A stretch of 63,143 nucleotides of DNA, the filler included, from Octopus bimaculoides (lineage: Eukaryota): assembly GCF_001194135.2 (NCBI RefSeq). It is 3 parts of 3 records of this genome, joined end to end, with 100 filler letters (N's around TTAATTAATTAA, not from the genome) between each part and the next. Parts side by side here need not be neighbours in the genome. Positions count along the whole stretch, not along the records: positions 1 to 17,890 come from NC_068983.1; positions 17,991 to 36,070 come from NC_068984.1; 1 more part is not named here. One strand, written 5' to 3'. Below, in pieces: positions 11,451 through 24,750 of the stretch (position 1 is the stretch's first letter; every line of letters starts with the position of its first letter). Made by a program: the position numbers and the translations under genes. The notes under the pieces are model-generated. The model had not been told where the DNA came from and did not search any database. It saw only the letters and a program-made list of their open reading frames with translations.

Positions 11451-11725
11451 TCTTTTAGTGAGTACATACTTTTGTAACATTTGAAAATTAATATTTCGTT
11501 CATATCTTTGAAAACGTTTATTGCTTTGTGTTCCAAATTTGTATAATTTTTGCATGTATAATATATTTTCTTCAGTATAAATTTCGTTTGATTTCCTTTG
11601 ATATTATCAGAGTAATGACAATTTTACTGAAAATGTTTGGGGGTTTACATACTTCTTTGAGATACTGCATATCTGTCTACCTACATCTACATGTGTGTGG
11701 GCACGTGCGTGTGTGCGTGTGTATA

Positions 11726-12605
11726 CAGGGTGCAATGGGTAAATTGTTACCATTTTATATTTTATATTTCGTGCATGCACATTGCTTGTTTTTGGTTTTG
11801 TCAACTACACAGTATAGTAGGGTCAGTTGAGCACTGTCTGTGAGAAAAACACCACCATGATGCAATTCACTCTGCCAGAAATTTGGAAACGACATGCTGT
11901 ACTGCTTGACATTCATGCTGGAAGCTCCAATACGAACATTTCAGAGTGTTTGGGTGTCAGTCTGAGGACATATACCGAGAGTGATAAAAATCAGACATCC
12001 AGTCAACATCGTGGTGTTTGGAGTGATCATTAGTAAAGGCAATGTTATGTCTCCATTCATCTTCCCCCACAGTGTCACACTCAACACAGAGGCCTACATC
12101 AAGTGCCTGGAGGAGGTAGTGCTGCCCTGGGTCAAGAGGGTGGTTGCTGGGAGACCCTATATCTGGCAACAGGACTCTGCACTATGCTACACAAGCAAGA
12201 GAACCCAGTCATAGCTGTCAGACAGTTTATGTGATCACATCACCCCTAACATCTGGACATTCAACTCTCAACACCCCAGACTGCAACTCTCTTGATTATT
12301 ATATGTGGAGCACAATTGAGTGAGAGACCAATAAAACTCTTTGTAACACCAAAGATGAACTGAAAGCAAGGATTATGGCAGCATTCACCAACTTAAACAA
12401 GGAGATTATCCAGATGAGTTGCAGGAGATTCCAAAGTTGTCTGGAGGCCATGGTTGAAGCCAATGGTGATTTTATTGAATAAATTTACTCTTTAGTATTT
12501 CAAAATATTTTTATGTAATTTTGGTTAATATATCTGTTAAAATGAGATGTCAGTGTTATTTTTGTTTTTGCCTAATCTAGACAGGAGTTTATTCACCATA
12601 CCCTG
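11726..12605 (+). mobile_element. Internally deleted Tc1/mariner-superfamily element, maT/DD37D type
   Basis: TA-flanked ends TA|CAGGGT...ACCCTG|TA; transposase remnant YIWQQDSALCYTS...PDCNSLDYYMWS...EANGDFIE. Confidence 0.85.
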
Positions 12606-12607
12606 TA

Positions 12608-12646
<39 letters not shown>

Positions 12647-13362
12647 NNNNNNNNNNNNNNNNNNNNNNNNNNNNNNNNNNNNNNNNNNNNNNNNNNNNNN
12701 NNNNNNNNNNNNNNNNNNNNNNNNNNNNNNNNNNNNNNNNNNNNNNNNNNNNNNNNNNNNNNNNNNNNNNNNNNNNNNNNNNNNNNNNNNNNNNNNNNNN
12801 NNNNNNNNNNNNNNNNNNNNNNNNNNNNNNNNNNNNNNNNNNNNNNNNNNNNNNNNNNNNNNNNNNNNNNNNNNNNNNNNNNNNNNNNNNNNNNNNNNNN
12901 NNNNNNNNNNNNNNNNNNNNNNNNNNNNNNNNNNNNNNNNNNNNNNNNNNNNNNNNNNNNNNNNNNNNNNNNNNNNNNNNNNNNNNNNNNNNNNNNNNNN
13001 NNNNNNNNNNNNNNNNNNNNNNNNNNNNNNNNNNNNNNNNNNNNNNNNNNNNNNNNNNNNNNNNNNNNNNNNNNNNNNNNNNNNNNNNNNNNNNNNNNNN
13101 NNNNNNNNNNNNNNNNNNNNNNNNNNNNNNNNNNNNNNNNNNNNNNNNNNNNNNNNNNNNNNNNNNNNNNNNNNNNNNNNNNNNNNNNNNNNNNNNNNNN
13201 NNNNNNNNNNNNNNNNNNNNNNNNNNNNNNNNNNNNNNNNNNNNNNNNNNNNNNNNNNNNNNNNNNNNNNNNNNNNNNNNNNNNNNNNNNNNNNNNNNNN
13301 NNNNNNNNNNNNNNNNNNNNNNNNNNNNNNNNNNNNNNNNNNNNNNNNNNNNNNNNNNNNNN

Positions 13363-13469
<107 letters not shown>

Positions 13470-14148
13470 ACACGTGCGCACACATTATATGTGTCTCTGA
13501 GTCAAGTCACTTTTTGCAAGACATCATTCTCAGTCAGTGTATATAGCAGCAGTAATATATCACAATGTATCACAATATATATCGCATAAAATCCAAGTAT
13601 TAAAATTATTTTAAAACAGAGGTGGATACAGACAATGCACTTAGATGCAAAGGAATACACATGCATTGGTAATTGGTACACTGCATTAAAATCACTTGAG
13701 TTTTTATCCTAGTATTAACTAACTAGCAATAAAAAAACTTGCAACACTGTTACAGAAAATATGCAGAATTCTTGTATACTGAATTACAATGGTTTGAAAG
13801 TATCTAGTCTAAGGTTTATCTATTTACCATGAAGCCCATCATACTGCAAGCTATAAGTAATTCATTGCTAACAATGATAGAAATCTAACATAATTTCATT
13901 AAGAGATATTCTGCCAACTATTTACATTAGACTTTGTTACTTTGTTATCATTTAACAATTAATGGCTTTTCAACCACTAACACAATCTCATCTGAATAGC
14001 CTGCATGCATGTGTGTATCTGTGTATAGGTGCATTATACACACACATATATATGTATGTGTGTGTGTGTGTGTGTGTGGAAGAGAGTATATGTATTTATA
14101 TATGCATGTAAGCATGGATATATCTATATCTCTATGCATGTACGTATA

Positions 14149-14186
<38 letters not shown>

Positions 14187-14406
14187 CATATATATATGTG
14201 TGTGTATATATGTATATATATACACACACACACATATATATACATATGTATGTATATATGTGTTTATATATATGTATATATATAAATATATATATATATG
14301 TATATATATAGATATATATTTATATATATATGTATGCATATATATGTATTTATATGCATGCACATATGTGTATATATGATATATGTGTATATTTTTATAT
14401 ATGTAT

Positions 14407-14444
<38 letters not shown>

Positions 14445-14504
14445 GTGTGTGTCTGTGTGTGTGTATGTGCATATATATCTGTGTATACACACACACATTA
14501 AACA

Positions 14505-14670
14505 TACCTAGCACACACTGTAAAGTGGATGGCATTAGGAAGGGTATCCAGCCATAGAAACCAAGCTAAATCAGTCTGGAACCTGGTGCAGCTCTCCAGC
14601 CGGCCAGCTTTGATCAAACCGTCCAACCCATGCCAGCATGGAAAACAGACATTAAAGGATGATGATGATG
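14505..14670 (+). mobile_element. RTE-type LINE/SINE 3' tail
   Basis: GGCATTAGGAAGGGTATCCAGCCATAGAAACC...CAAACCGTCCAACCCATGCCAGCATGGAAAACAGACATTAAAGGATGATGATG. Confidence 0.8.
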
Positions 14671-15366
14671 GTAAAAGATTTTGTAAGTACTATAAGGCAA
14701 ACTAAAATCTGATATTAGAAACTTTAGAAGCTTTACAAACATGTTCGTATTTTCTGATTAGACAAATAACTTGTATGAAGCCAATGATATATATACACAT
14801 ATATGTATGTATGTGTGTATGTATGTATGCATGTATGTATGTATGTATGAGTGTCTGTGTGCATCCTAGCTGTGAAATTCTGCTATGACCAAGAATTAAC
14901 AAAGAGCATAAATATACACCTATATACATACATGCATGCATACATACTCACATGCATATACAACACACATAACACACTCACAGACACATACACACACACA
15001 CTCACATATATATATATATACAGATTGACATACCTATGTAGATAAATCATCTCTGTGCTAACTGCAATTCTCTCAGTAACTCTAAATGCACCTTTTAGGT
15101 ATTCTTTTTTAATGGACAACAAATTAACTGAAAAAAATAATAATATAATTATTCTTTTATAATCTGACAAGAATTCAGGCAATGTTTTTTTTGAATGGTA
15201 ATATAAAGTGACAACAGATTAATTGAAATGAAATAAGAGAAGAATTTCTGGAGGTGAGATCCATCTGGTGTTCTAACCAGAATTAAATTATTGTAATGTT
15301 GCTCACAATAGTGTATGCCTTGGTGTGTATTTATTCTTCTGTTTCAGTTAATTGTACCTATACCAT

Positions 15367-15438
<72 letters not shown>

Positions 15439-16403
15439 TATGAATCTCAGAAGTTGCTTGTCATGGTCCATCAAAGAGTGACCATTGGTTTTGCACCTAT
15501 AAAGCACTTAGCTGTACAGGTGGCTTGCCAGACTTGTTGGTTGGAGGTACATAACCTCTCTACAACTGGAGGGAGAAATACGTCACAGCCAGATAATTTT
15601 GTAAATAAAAAATTCCAGGATGAAATTCTGCTGGCAATAAATTTGGGTGAGGTGGAATTATCCCCCTTTGGTCAGTTCCAGTTATATCCAAAACTGGGGT
15701 CAGCTTATAGGGATTACTTTTCCCTAGTCAGCAAATGGGGAGATCCATGTGTTCAACATGAATTTCCTCTGATGAGGGCACTGACTAAAATTCTTTGCTT
15801 TTTTAGTTTAAGAAGGTCCCTAGATCATGTGAGTTTTTCAGGATTCTTGCTCTTTTAGCCAAGTAAAGTTTACATCATTTGCTTTCACAGCTGCCATCCA
15901 TGCTGCAACTGTTGTTACTATTGTATGTATGTATATATATATATATATATTTATAAGAGAAGCTAAATTGAACATGCGTTCTTATGTATCACTTCAATTG
16001 TTTCAACACCAGCTGTTCATTGCTGAATGTTACATATGTCGTAAACAACATTGTGTTAATATCAATGAGCAATAGTGGCATATGCATGTCTTCAGGTGAG
16101 TAGAGTAAAAAGCTCTGTTATATAATATTTTGATTTTCAACATTGTGTACCTAGACCAAAATACTATTTTTGATATTCTATAACCAAAACTACAGATGTC
16201 TAAAAGACAAATAATAACAAAGTAAAGGAAACAGGGAACAAGGAACAGGATGTTCATTCAGCCTTAAGGCACATTTGGTAGCCGATATCCACAGCGGTGC
16301 TTTGGAAAGCACCCTATAAGGTTTTATTTTACCCAGGTTTTTTAATATACAAATGTATATATAAATTGATCTATCTGTCTCTCTCTCTCTCTCTATATAT
16401 ATC

Positions 16404-16446
<43 letters not shown>

Positions 16447-16598
16447 TGGAAAAATTATACAAAATGTATAAGTGGATGATGAGTAAATCATCAGCACTGT
16501 TTCGATTACCTATTATTATCCATAGATTACAGGAACTCCATAGTGGTGGTTGAGGTAAGAGTATTAATGAAATAGTTGTGGAAAAAAGATTTGATTTA

Positions 16599-16640
16599 GT
16601 ACGACACATGTTTCGACCCGTTCTGGGTCTCTTCGGGTAT
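16599..16640 (-). ncRNA. Type I hammerhead fold, degenerate (U4 to C)
   Basis: ATAC-CCGAAGA-GACCC-AGAAC-GGGTC-GAAA-CATGTG-TC-GTAC. Confidence 0.55.
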
Positions 16641-16800
16641 GTAAACAAATAAAAAAATAAAAAGTCTCACTAGAGATTTGGTTTTACATATCGCTAAATG
16701 TCCGTCAACTCGTTGACTAAAATGTTCTGAAGTTGACGGACATTTAGCGATACATAAAACTGAATCTCTAATGAAACTATTTATTTTTTTATTCATTTAT

Positions 16801-16842
16801 GTACCTGAAGAGACCAATAACAGGTCGAAACATGTGTTGTAC
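16801..16842 (+). ncRNA. Type I hammerhead ribozyme, core intact
   Basis: GTAC-CTGAAGA(16805-16811)-GACC-AATAACA-GGTC-GAAA(16827-16830)-CATGTG-TT-GTAC; stem I GTAC/GTAC is extendable. Confidence 0.75.
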
Positions 16843-16881
16843 TAAATAAAATCTTTTTTTTTCCATCTATTTTATTAAAAC

Positions 16882-16955
<74 letters not shown>

Positions 16956-17668
16956 ATAATACAAATGATATATAAGCATATGCATGTATACATACATATA
17001 TGTACATACCTACATCTACATGTATATATAGATGCATATCTGGGTACAGGACGTTAAAAAAATGAATGGGGACATAAAAACAAAATGGATTATGTTTACA
17101 GACAACAAAACAAACACATAGGAAAACAAACAAGCCACTTATGGAATTATTCCTTCATCAGCTGCCACTATTCTAAAACTAGGCGTTTCGAAGATAAGGC
17201 ACGACACACTCTTAGAATAGTTTCTTCCTGAGTAGTGGATTAACTCACTAAACAGAGGATTCCAAGGTAGCAAATACAAACCAAGACAGGAAAAATTGGA
17301 CAGTGAAAACATTAAAAAGCCATAGGGCCAAACGTGATGGGATATTGAACGCTGTAGATGTTGCTTGGTCAAATTATTTACTCCAAATTTACTCATCATT
17401 TACCCATCATTTATTCCAAAAAATTAGCCCATCATTTACTCCACAAATGTCATGTCTCTCTTTTGAGTATTCCAGGCCCTAACCTATCATGGAAATTGTG
17501 AGGGGTGGGTATGTGATTTCTGAACACACTGAAAAGCTGTCAGTGGATATACTCTCCTTTGTGGCAGTCAGCACTGCGTCTAACACGACCCATCGTCTGA
17601 AGTTTTGACACCACCTTCGGTTTTGTTGTCCTACGTCACTCATGAAGTAAATATGTGTGTATACTTCG

Positions 17669-17853
17669 GTGTCTGAGTTTGTTCCCCCCACCATCACTTG
17701 ACAATCAATGCTGGTATGTTTACGCCCCATAACTTAGTAGTTTGGCAAAACAGACCAATGAAATAAATATTAGGCTTAAAAAGAATAAGTCCTGGGGTCG
17801 ATTTGTTCGACTAAAGGCAGCATGGCTGCAGTCAAATGACTGAAACAAATAGA
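17669..17853 (+). mobile_element. SINE family A, solo 3' module
   Basis: Matches the 3' halves of the 3748 and 4812 copies. Confidence 0.85.
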
Positions 17854-17990
17854 AGAACAAAGAAGAGGAATATATATATATATATATATANNNNNNNNNN
17901 NNNNNNNNNNNNNNNNNNNNNNNNNNNNNNNNNNTTAATTAATTAANNNNNNNNNNNNNNNNNNNNNNNNNNNNNNNNNNNNNNNNNNNN

Positions 17991-18178
17991 TCTTCTTCTT
18001 CTTCTTCTTCTTCTTCTTCTTCTTCTTCTTCTTCTTCTTCTTCTTCTTCTTCTTCTTCTTCTTCTTCTTCTTCTTCTTCTTCGTCGCCGTCGTCGTTGTC
18101 ATTGTCGTCATCGTCATCGTCATCATTATCATCATGGTCATCACCATCATTCTTCCTCTTCGTTGTCATTCGTGTCAT
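17991..18178. repeat. (TCT)n grading into (TCG/TCA)n microsatellite
   Basis: Trinucleotide array beside a gap. Confidence 0.95.
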
Positions 18179-18849
18179 TATTATTTGTCTGAAATGTACG
18201 CAAAGACCCGAAGCCGTAACTGCCAGTATTCATGAAGCGTCCGAGCATTGCTGACTTCAGAAGTAATACCGAATAGCTTTTACGGCGTTGTAGGACGAAT
18301 CAACTTTATCGCTTGATTACATCACGAGGATTAACCAATCAATCAACTTTATTAAGGCGGGGCAGGCGATGCTACTCTTTCTTGCGGCTATGGTAAAAGA
18401 AGTTGTGTGGTGGACAAGATGACAGAATAGATCAGTGGTTCCCAACATTTACACTACAAAGGAACCCTTTTATTTAAATGAGTTTTCCCACGGACCTCAG
18501 GATATTGAATGGTCTGTCAGCTTAAGATGTTCACAGACCCTCGGTACTACTTTTGCGGACCACCAAGGGTCTGTGGACCACAGGTTGGGAACCTCTGGAA
18601 TAGACGAAAGAAAGGATAGACACATATCTCTTCGATCATACCCTCATTTATATATTCTAGTCCCACTTGGAAAGTAAAGAGAGGATGGAGAGGGAAGTGC
18701 ACCCCCAGGGAATCTATCAAAAAGTTGGTGCTGTGACAAACGTGGTTAGAGTGAATGGACTTACTTTAAGCATCTATCGGTTGATTGGTGCTCAAAAGTT
18801 AGGCGTTTCCCTGCTTTCAAGGACTACATCGTTTATATGTACATATATA

Positions 18850-19255
18850 TATTAAATCCTGGTGTTTTTGTTATGTATTTGTCTCAATATTTTTTATCAT
18901 ACCTAACATGATAAGAATTGTTTCTGTTTTTAGATTCCAGGTCGAGTTACCTCTATTTCCAGGTCTTTGTATTTTGAAAGTTTTTCCATTTCTTTTAGGG
19001 AAACGTTGTCATCTGCTGGTATTGATACATCAATTAGAAAGCATTGTTTTTCTTCATGATATCTGACAACTATATATGGCCTATTAGCCTTAATTTCTCT
19101 ATCTGTGTGTATTGGCATATCCCAGAGTATGGTTGTTTTCTCGTTTTCTGTGACCTTTTCTGGCGTGTGCATATACCATCTCTTTTCTGTTGTTATTCCA
19201 TAGTGTTGGCATAGCTTACAGTGTATGTAGGTCCCAGCTCTGTCGTGTCTGTGAA
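18850..19255 (-). mobile_element. R4/Dong-like LINE fragment, restriction-like endonuclease region
   Basis: HRHDRAGTYIHCKLCQHYGITTEKRWYMHTPEKV...TILWDMPIHTDREIKANRPYIVV...CFLIDVSIP...KLSKYKDLEIEV (PD-(D/E)xK-type, with D to Y). Confidence 0.9.
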
Positions 19256-19281
19256 TTATTATTATTATTATTATTGCTACA

Positions 19282-19425
19282 TTGGGAGTTCAAATTCCAC
19301 CGCAGTCGACTTTGCCTTTCATCCTTTCGGGATTGATTAAATAAGTACCAGTTACGCACTAGGGTCGATGTAATCGGCTTATCCCTCCCCGGACTTTTCA
19401 GGCCTTGTGCCTACAATAGAAAGGA
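19282..19425 (+). mobile_element. SINE family B (5'-truncated)
   Basis: GAGTTCAAATTCC...GTCGACTTTGCCTTTCATCCTTTCGGG...AAGTACCAG...GGGTCGATGTAATCG...(ATT)n. Confidence 0.85.
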
Positions 19426-19440
19426 TTATTATTATTATTT

Positions 19441-19654
19441 AGATGGCGTGCTAGCAGAATTCTTACCTCTCTGGCCAAAATATTTAACAGCATGGTGTCC
19501 GTCTTTTTTTCTGGGTTCAAATTCTGCCAAGGTCGACTTTGTTTTTCATCTTTTCGGGACGATAAATTAAGTACCAGTTGCGTAATGGAATCGATCTAAT
19601 CGACTGGCCCCCTCCCACCAAATTTCAAGCCATTATGTCTATAGTAGAAGGGAT

Positions 19655-19655
<1 letters not shown>
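19441..19655 (+). mobile_element. SINE family B
   Basis: Same body; followed by (ACT)n. Confidence 0.85.
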
Positions 19656-19697
<42 letters not shown>

Positions 19698-19727
19698 GCT
19701 ACTACTACTACTACTACTACTACTACA

Positions 19728-19793
<66 letters not shown>

Positions 19794-19805
19794 TCTGCTG
19801 CTGCA

Positions 19806-19871
<66 letters not shown>
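19655..19871. repeat. (ACT)n/(GCT)n compound microsatellite
   Basis: Source of the poly-T and poly-S ORFs in the track. Confidence 0.97.
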
Positions 19872-19872
<1 letters not shown>

Positions 19873-20058
19873 AGGCTGCGAGCTGGCAGAACCGTTAGCA
19901 CGCTGAACGAAATGCTTAGCGGTATTTCGCCCGTCGCTACGTTCTGAGTTCAAATTCCGCCGAGGTCGACTTTGCTTTTCCTCCTTTCGGTGTTGATAAA
20001 TTAAGTACCTGTGAATCACAGGTTTCTATGTAGTCGAGTAGCCGCGCCACCACCAAAT
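19872..20058 (+). mobile_element. SINE family B, CpG-rich copy
   Basis: GGCTGCGAGCTGGCAGAACCGTTAGCACG...GAGTTCAAATTCCGCCGAGGTCGACTTTGC. Confidence 0.88.
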
Positions 20059-20536
20059 TACTATTATCATTATTATTATTATGTACCATTGTGATTATGT
20101 ATATACATACATTTTTTCTTTCGCACGCTGTGTTGTTTCATTGCCAGATTTCTAATATTTGACGTCTTCTAATATTGCAATGTCCACGTACACACCTTAC
20201 TGCAATGCTCTCTCGTTGTTACTTCATTATAAGATCATTAACGTTAAGCAATGACAACGTTAATGCTGGAGGTAAATAGAATTTGGTTGTAGCTTCTAAT
20301 CAAAGGTTTTCTCTATAACCTAACCCGACCCAATCATATTACTCAATTGGATGGAATTAATTCTGTAAAGAAGCATCTCATACATCTTAAAGGCTATAGA
20401 TGAAGGTCCCTGCAAGATATTGAAGGAAAGGAAAGGAAGAAATGTAAGATAAAGTAAATAAATACAGTCAATTGAATTGAGCATACATCAACACATACAT
20501 ACCTATACGTGTATATTTGCGTGTGTGTCCGTGTGC

Positions 20537-20604
<68 letters not shown>

Positions 20605-20735
20605 ATGAGTGTGTGTGTGCATACATATATAAATATATATATGTATATATATATGTGTATGTAGGTACAAACATACATAAATATATATTTATATACTTAT
20701 ATATATAATATATACAATATATATATTTATATATA

Positions 20736-20789
<54 letters not shown>

Positions 20790-21912
20790 TATGTAAATAT
20801 ATGCATATATATGCATGCATGTCCATGCACACATATACATACAGACGTACACATATTAGAAACATCACACACACACGCTCTCTTTCTCTCTCTCTCTCTA
20901 GGTATATATATATGCGTGTGTGTGTGTGTGTGTTTATGTGTGTGTATGAGTGTGTGTGTATGTATATACACACAAACACGCACATACCAACAAATTCTAT
21001 TTCTCTGAGTGTATTAACGTTTGGAGGTATGTTTAAGCGCACGTTTGAACTTTTTAAAAGCACCGGCGCGTATATGCGCGTGTATGTGAGTGTATGAGTA
21101 TTTATGCATCTGCTCATGCATGCATGCGTGTGTGTGCGTGCCTCTGTGTGTGTGTGTGCGTGTGTGTATGTGTGTGTGTGTTGTGTGTTGTGTGCGTGTG
21201 TGTGTGTGAGTAAGTTAATGTAAGTTTTCAGAACAGTCTTCAAGCAGGCTGATTACGGAATGGCAAAAATGTGGCCTGGCTTAATAAATATACTTGCTCT
21301 ACATGAATGGGCTTGATAGAAATAACAACATGGCTACCAGGTACTACTACTACTACTACTACTACTACTAGTGATTCAGCTGCTGCTGTTACAGAAGGCT
21401 TACATTTCTCGTTATAACAACAATCACATTTTCAGACAACAACAACAATAGCCACAAGAAGAATATCAATGCTCTTTCGTACAGTCGAACAGACTACCAA
21501 AAATGAAAGCAGATCTCTATTTAATTGCAAGCATGCCTCGGGAAAATATGTTGTTTGGTTTTGAAGCTTAGCACTAAATTCTGAAAGCACTCCAGCCCAC
21601 CGTTTTTCACTAAGAGTTGTACTCGGTCCCATGCAATATAAGCTTCTGTTAGCAAAGATTGAGAAAAGGCGGAATTAAATGAATAAAAAGGCTCTGATTG
21701 ATAGACGTAGTTAATGTTGTATGCGGAGGATGTAGAGAAATAAGGGAAATTGGAAAAGAGTACAGAGGCATCATGAAATAAATTAGATAGAGAGGCTGAA
21801 AAACAGTGAAAGAGGAGGAGACAAGAAGTGATGGAGAGAGAAACGGAAGAAAGGAATGAAAAGAAACGGAAAAACTATTTAAGATTATATAAACTTATAA
21901 GATTTCATTTTA

Positions 21913-22130
21913 TATTCTTTTCTACTCTGGGCTCAAGACCCAACAATTTTGGGGAGGGAGCCAGTCGATGAGATCGATCCCTAGTACGCAACTGGTACTT
22001 GATTTGTCGACCCCGAAAGGAAAAAAGGCAGAGATGACCTCGGTGGAATTTGAACACAGAACGGAAAGACAGACGAAATATCGCTAAGTATTTCGCCCGT
22101 CGCGCTAACTTTTCCGCCAGCTCGCCACCA
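21913..22130 (-). mobile_element. SINE family B
   Basis: Reverse complement of the family B body. Confidence 0.85.
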
Positions 22131-22247
22131 TATTTTAGTCACTATATTGGCTATCTATCTATCTATCTATCTCATACACTCATTATCTATTCTGTCAATA
22201 CGATAAGTGTTTACAAAGGTACATAGAAAACTAAAATCGTCTTAAAT

Positions 22248-22303
<56 letters not shown>

Positions 22304-24559
22304 ATAAACATATACGTGCATATATGCGTGTATGTATGTGTGTATGTATGTATTTATGTGTGTATGTATGTATGTATGTATTATGTATGTGTGTGTATAT
22401 ATATATACATACAAAGAGAAGGAAAGGAAGTGAGAAAGAACGAAAGAGAGACAAGTTTAAAACATCTAACTTATAATATAGTACTTTCCTCCTGGTCGAA
22501 AAATTGGCAGCTTTAATTAATTAACGGCAGATTATTAATAAGTTAAGTAGGCAGATTTTATTATTTTGTTGCATAAGTATGTACTTCATGAAAGAAAATT
22601 AGATAGAATATTGAAAACATACCCGGGGATTGAAAGAACTAACTGGAAAAATCATTTTATGCGAAACACTTTGGTTTTGTTCTATGGGAGATAACTGTAA
22701 AGCGATGAGATAAAAATTGTCATTTTGCTTTAAGGTGAGAGAGTATAATGTGTAGACTAAGTTGCGATATAGTATCTTTGGTTCTGAGTCAAAATAATAA
22801 CCTGTCTGAAACCAATGAGCAGAACCAGCGGAAATGCCACGTTTATAAATGTTCTTATATTAATTTTAATGCAGATTATATTCTTCATTTCGTTCGATAC
22901 TTAAGGTGATTTAAAACCTAACACACGAATTATCTATACTGCTTTAATGATGTTTATGTTTTCGCTTCCTTTCCATAGATAATGTTGTTGAAAGAGTAAC
23001 TCTCAAAATGAGTATTTCAGTTATATCTATGATTTTGGCTCATATTTAAGTTTATTTAAAGAATGAGATTTCATTGTTGTCGATTTCATTCCAACATCGG
23101 AGCCTTTAATAGAGTAACATTCGAACGCATGTTATGATAGGCAGGAATATTATAGATTCTTCCAGAATTATTTCATGGATTTCTGTAGAAAAGGAAATAC
23201 AGTCAAGTAAATCGACTCTAATATATTATTGTTCTTTCCTTCGACAGCTAGTAAAAGATGAAAGTCAAAATTATAAGAAACTAAACCACGTGATCTCTTT
23301 AGTTTGACAGTGCACCGTCTCATTCACCTCAACTGTCGTATTTTAATATATGCATCGGCTTCTTTGTAACTAAGTAAACACGTTGAATTTTACAGGAGAA
23401 AGAAAGGAATAGGAAGATAAGATATTCATGCTGCTCCGTCAGATATTATGGTTGGGTAAATGAGACGATGACTGAAAATGCGACAGTCTCGACACGCCCC
23501 TTTAATATACAATCTCGCCGGCTGATTTAAGAGACGTATTTAGATGAATATATTGTAAAAGGAAGGTCTTAGAGGGGTTAAATCGTACTGTGTATGAGCA
23601 GTGTTGGCGAAAGAATCTTCATAAAATGCAAAGAAATGTTTCCAATTAGCAGCGGAAGAATATTTTCGCTGTCTGTCTGACTAAAATGACCTATAATTTG
23701 GTACAAATTCGATCTATCTCCTACTAGCATTGGTCGATATGTGGCGACTCTGTAAGAACGTGTATTAGTGTGTGTGCGTGTGTGTGTATGTATGTGGGTG
23801 GGTGCGTGTGTTTATGTATGGTCTGCATACGTATGTGTGTATGTACATATATTTGGGTTTGTGTAGATGCAGCTGTGTACATGTGTGGATGGACAGACGG
23901 TACAACAAATGTCTGGCTGTAGTAAATCCAAAATCTCTCAGTCATTTGTTATGTTTGCTATCAGAAAGATAACGGAAGAAACATGAAGTTTAATCAAACG
24001 GAAACATCTTTGATAAAGACAATCGACCAAGTGATATCCATCCATAACAGGCAGTCGAGCCATAAATGAGAATGGACAAGATGGAGTCGAACTTTTGTTT
24101 CCCCTTTTCGCCTAATAAAGTCGACATTAAGAAGCAGATTGTGAACTCTCAATGTATACGGCCTCATTTCCCAGTCATAATATACCTGTCAATGAATGGG
24201 TCAGATTTGCAAATGACTCTTACACTGTATTTGCTTTCGCTTTATAATTGACTTGTCTACAGTTCTGTCTCCACCGTTATTGACAGTAAAGTTAATGCAA
24301 TAATGTTTGCGTGACGTGTCCAATAGAAAGTCATATCAGCTATTGTTAAACTTCAAAAGAGACATAATGGGGTGTGGCAAAACATTTTCTTGAGCAAGTC
24401 GTTTCATTACCCCCCTTAGGTTTTATATTATTTTATTTTATACCAAATGCGATAATGAGTTTTGTAGAGGAGGTAGGCAAACACTACACTCAACATTTTA
24501 TGTTGTGAGTTCAAATTCCACGGTAGAAGTTCGAACTAAATTTTATTTCTTTAAATACG

Positions 24560-24750
24560 GTAAATTGCTTTCAAATTTCGACACAAGGCCAGCAAGTGTG
24601 GAAGAGGAATAAGTCGATTACATCGATCTCCAGGGCTCAACTGGTACATATTTTATCAACCTCGAAAGGATGAAAGGCAAAGTCGACCTCGACGGAATTT
24701 GAACACAGAACATCAAGACCGACGAAATGCCGATTTCTTTATTGCCCACG
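24560..24750 (-). mobile_element. SINE family B running into an assembly gap
   Basis: AAAGGCAAAGTCGACCTCGACGGAATTTGAAC motif. Confidence 0.8.

Larger units (their letters stand above)
16582..16858. mobile_element. About 280-bp fold-back element with a hammerhead fold in each arm
   Basis: Arms are reverse complements along their length, with a perfect 20-bp inner pair at 16691-16710/16731-16750 around a 20-nt loop. Confidence 0.85.

Noticed and set aside
13948-14557. [16 protein letters not shown]-type ORFs here and throughout the window
   Set aside because: Translations of di- and tetranucleotide microsatellites
15352-15858. 168-aa ORF and a CTGATGAGGG motif at 15769
   Set aside because: The ORF begins in a microsatellite and has no recognisable motif; the motif lacks stem II closure and GAAA
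16485-16510. GAAA...CTGATGA on the minus strand (also CTGAAGAGCTCGAAT near 49465 and TTGATGAGTTCGAAA near 58040)
   Set aside because: Spacing or stems are incompatible with any hammerhead topology, or core nucleotides are missing in both copies
17891-17990. TTAATTAATTAA palindrome inside an N-run (identical structure at 36071-36170)
   Set aside because: Both are exactly 44 N + 12 bp + 44 N = 100 bp, so this is an artificial all-frame-stop scaffold spacer, not biology
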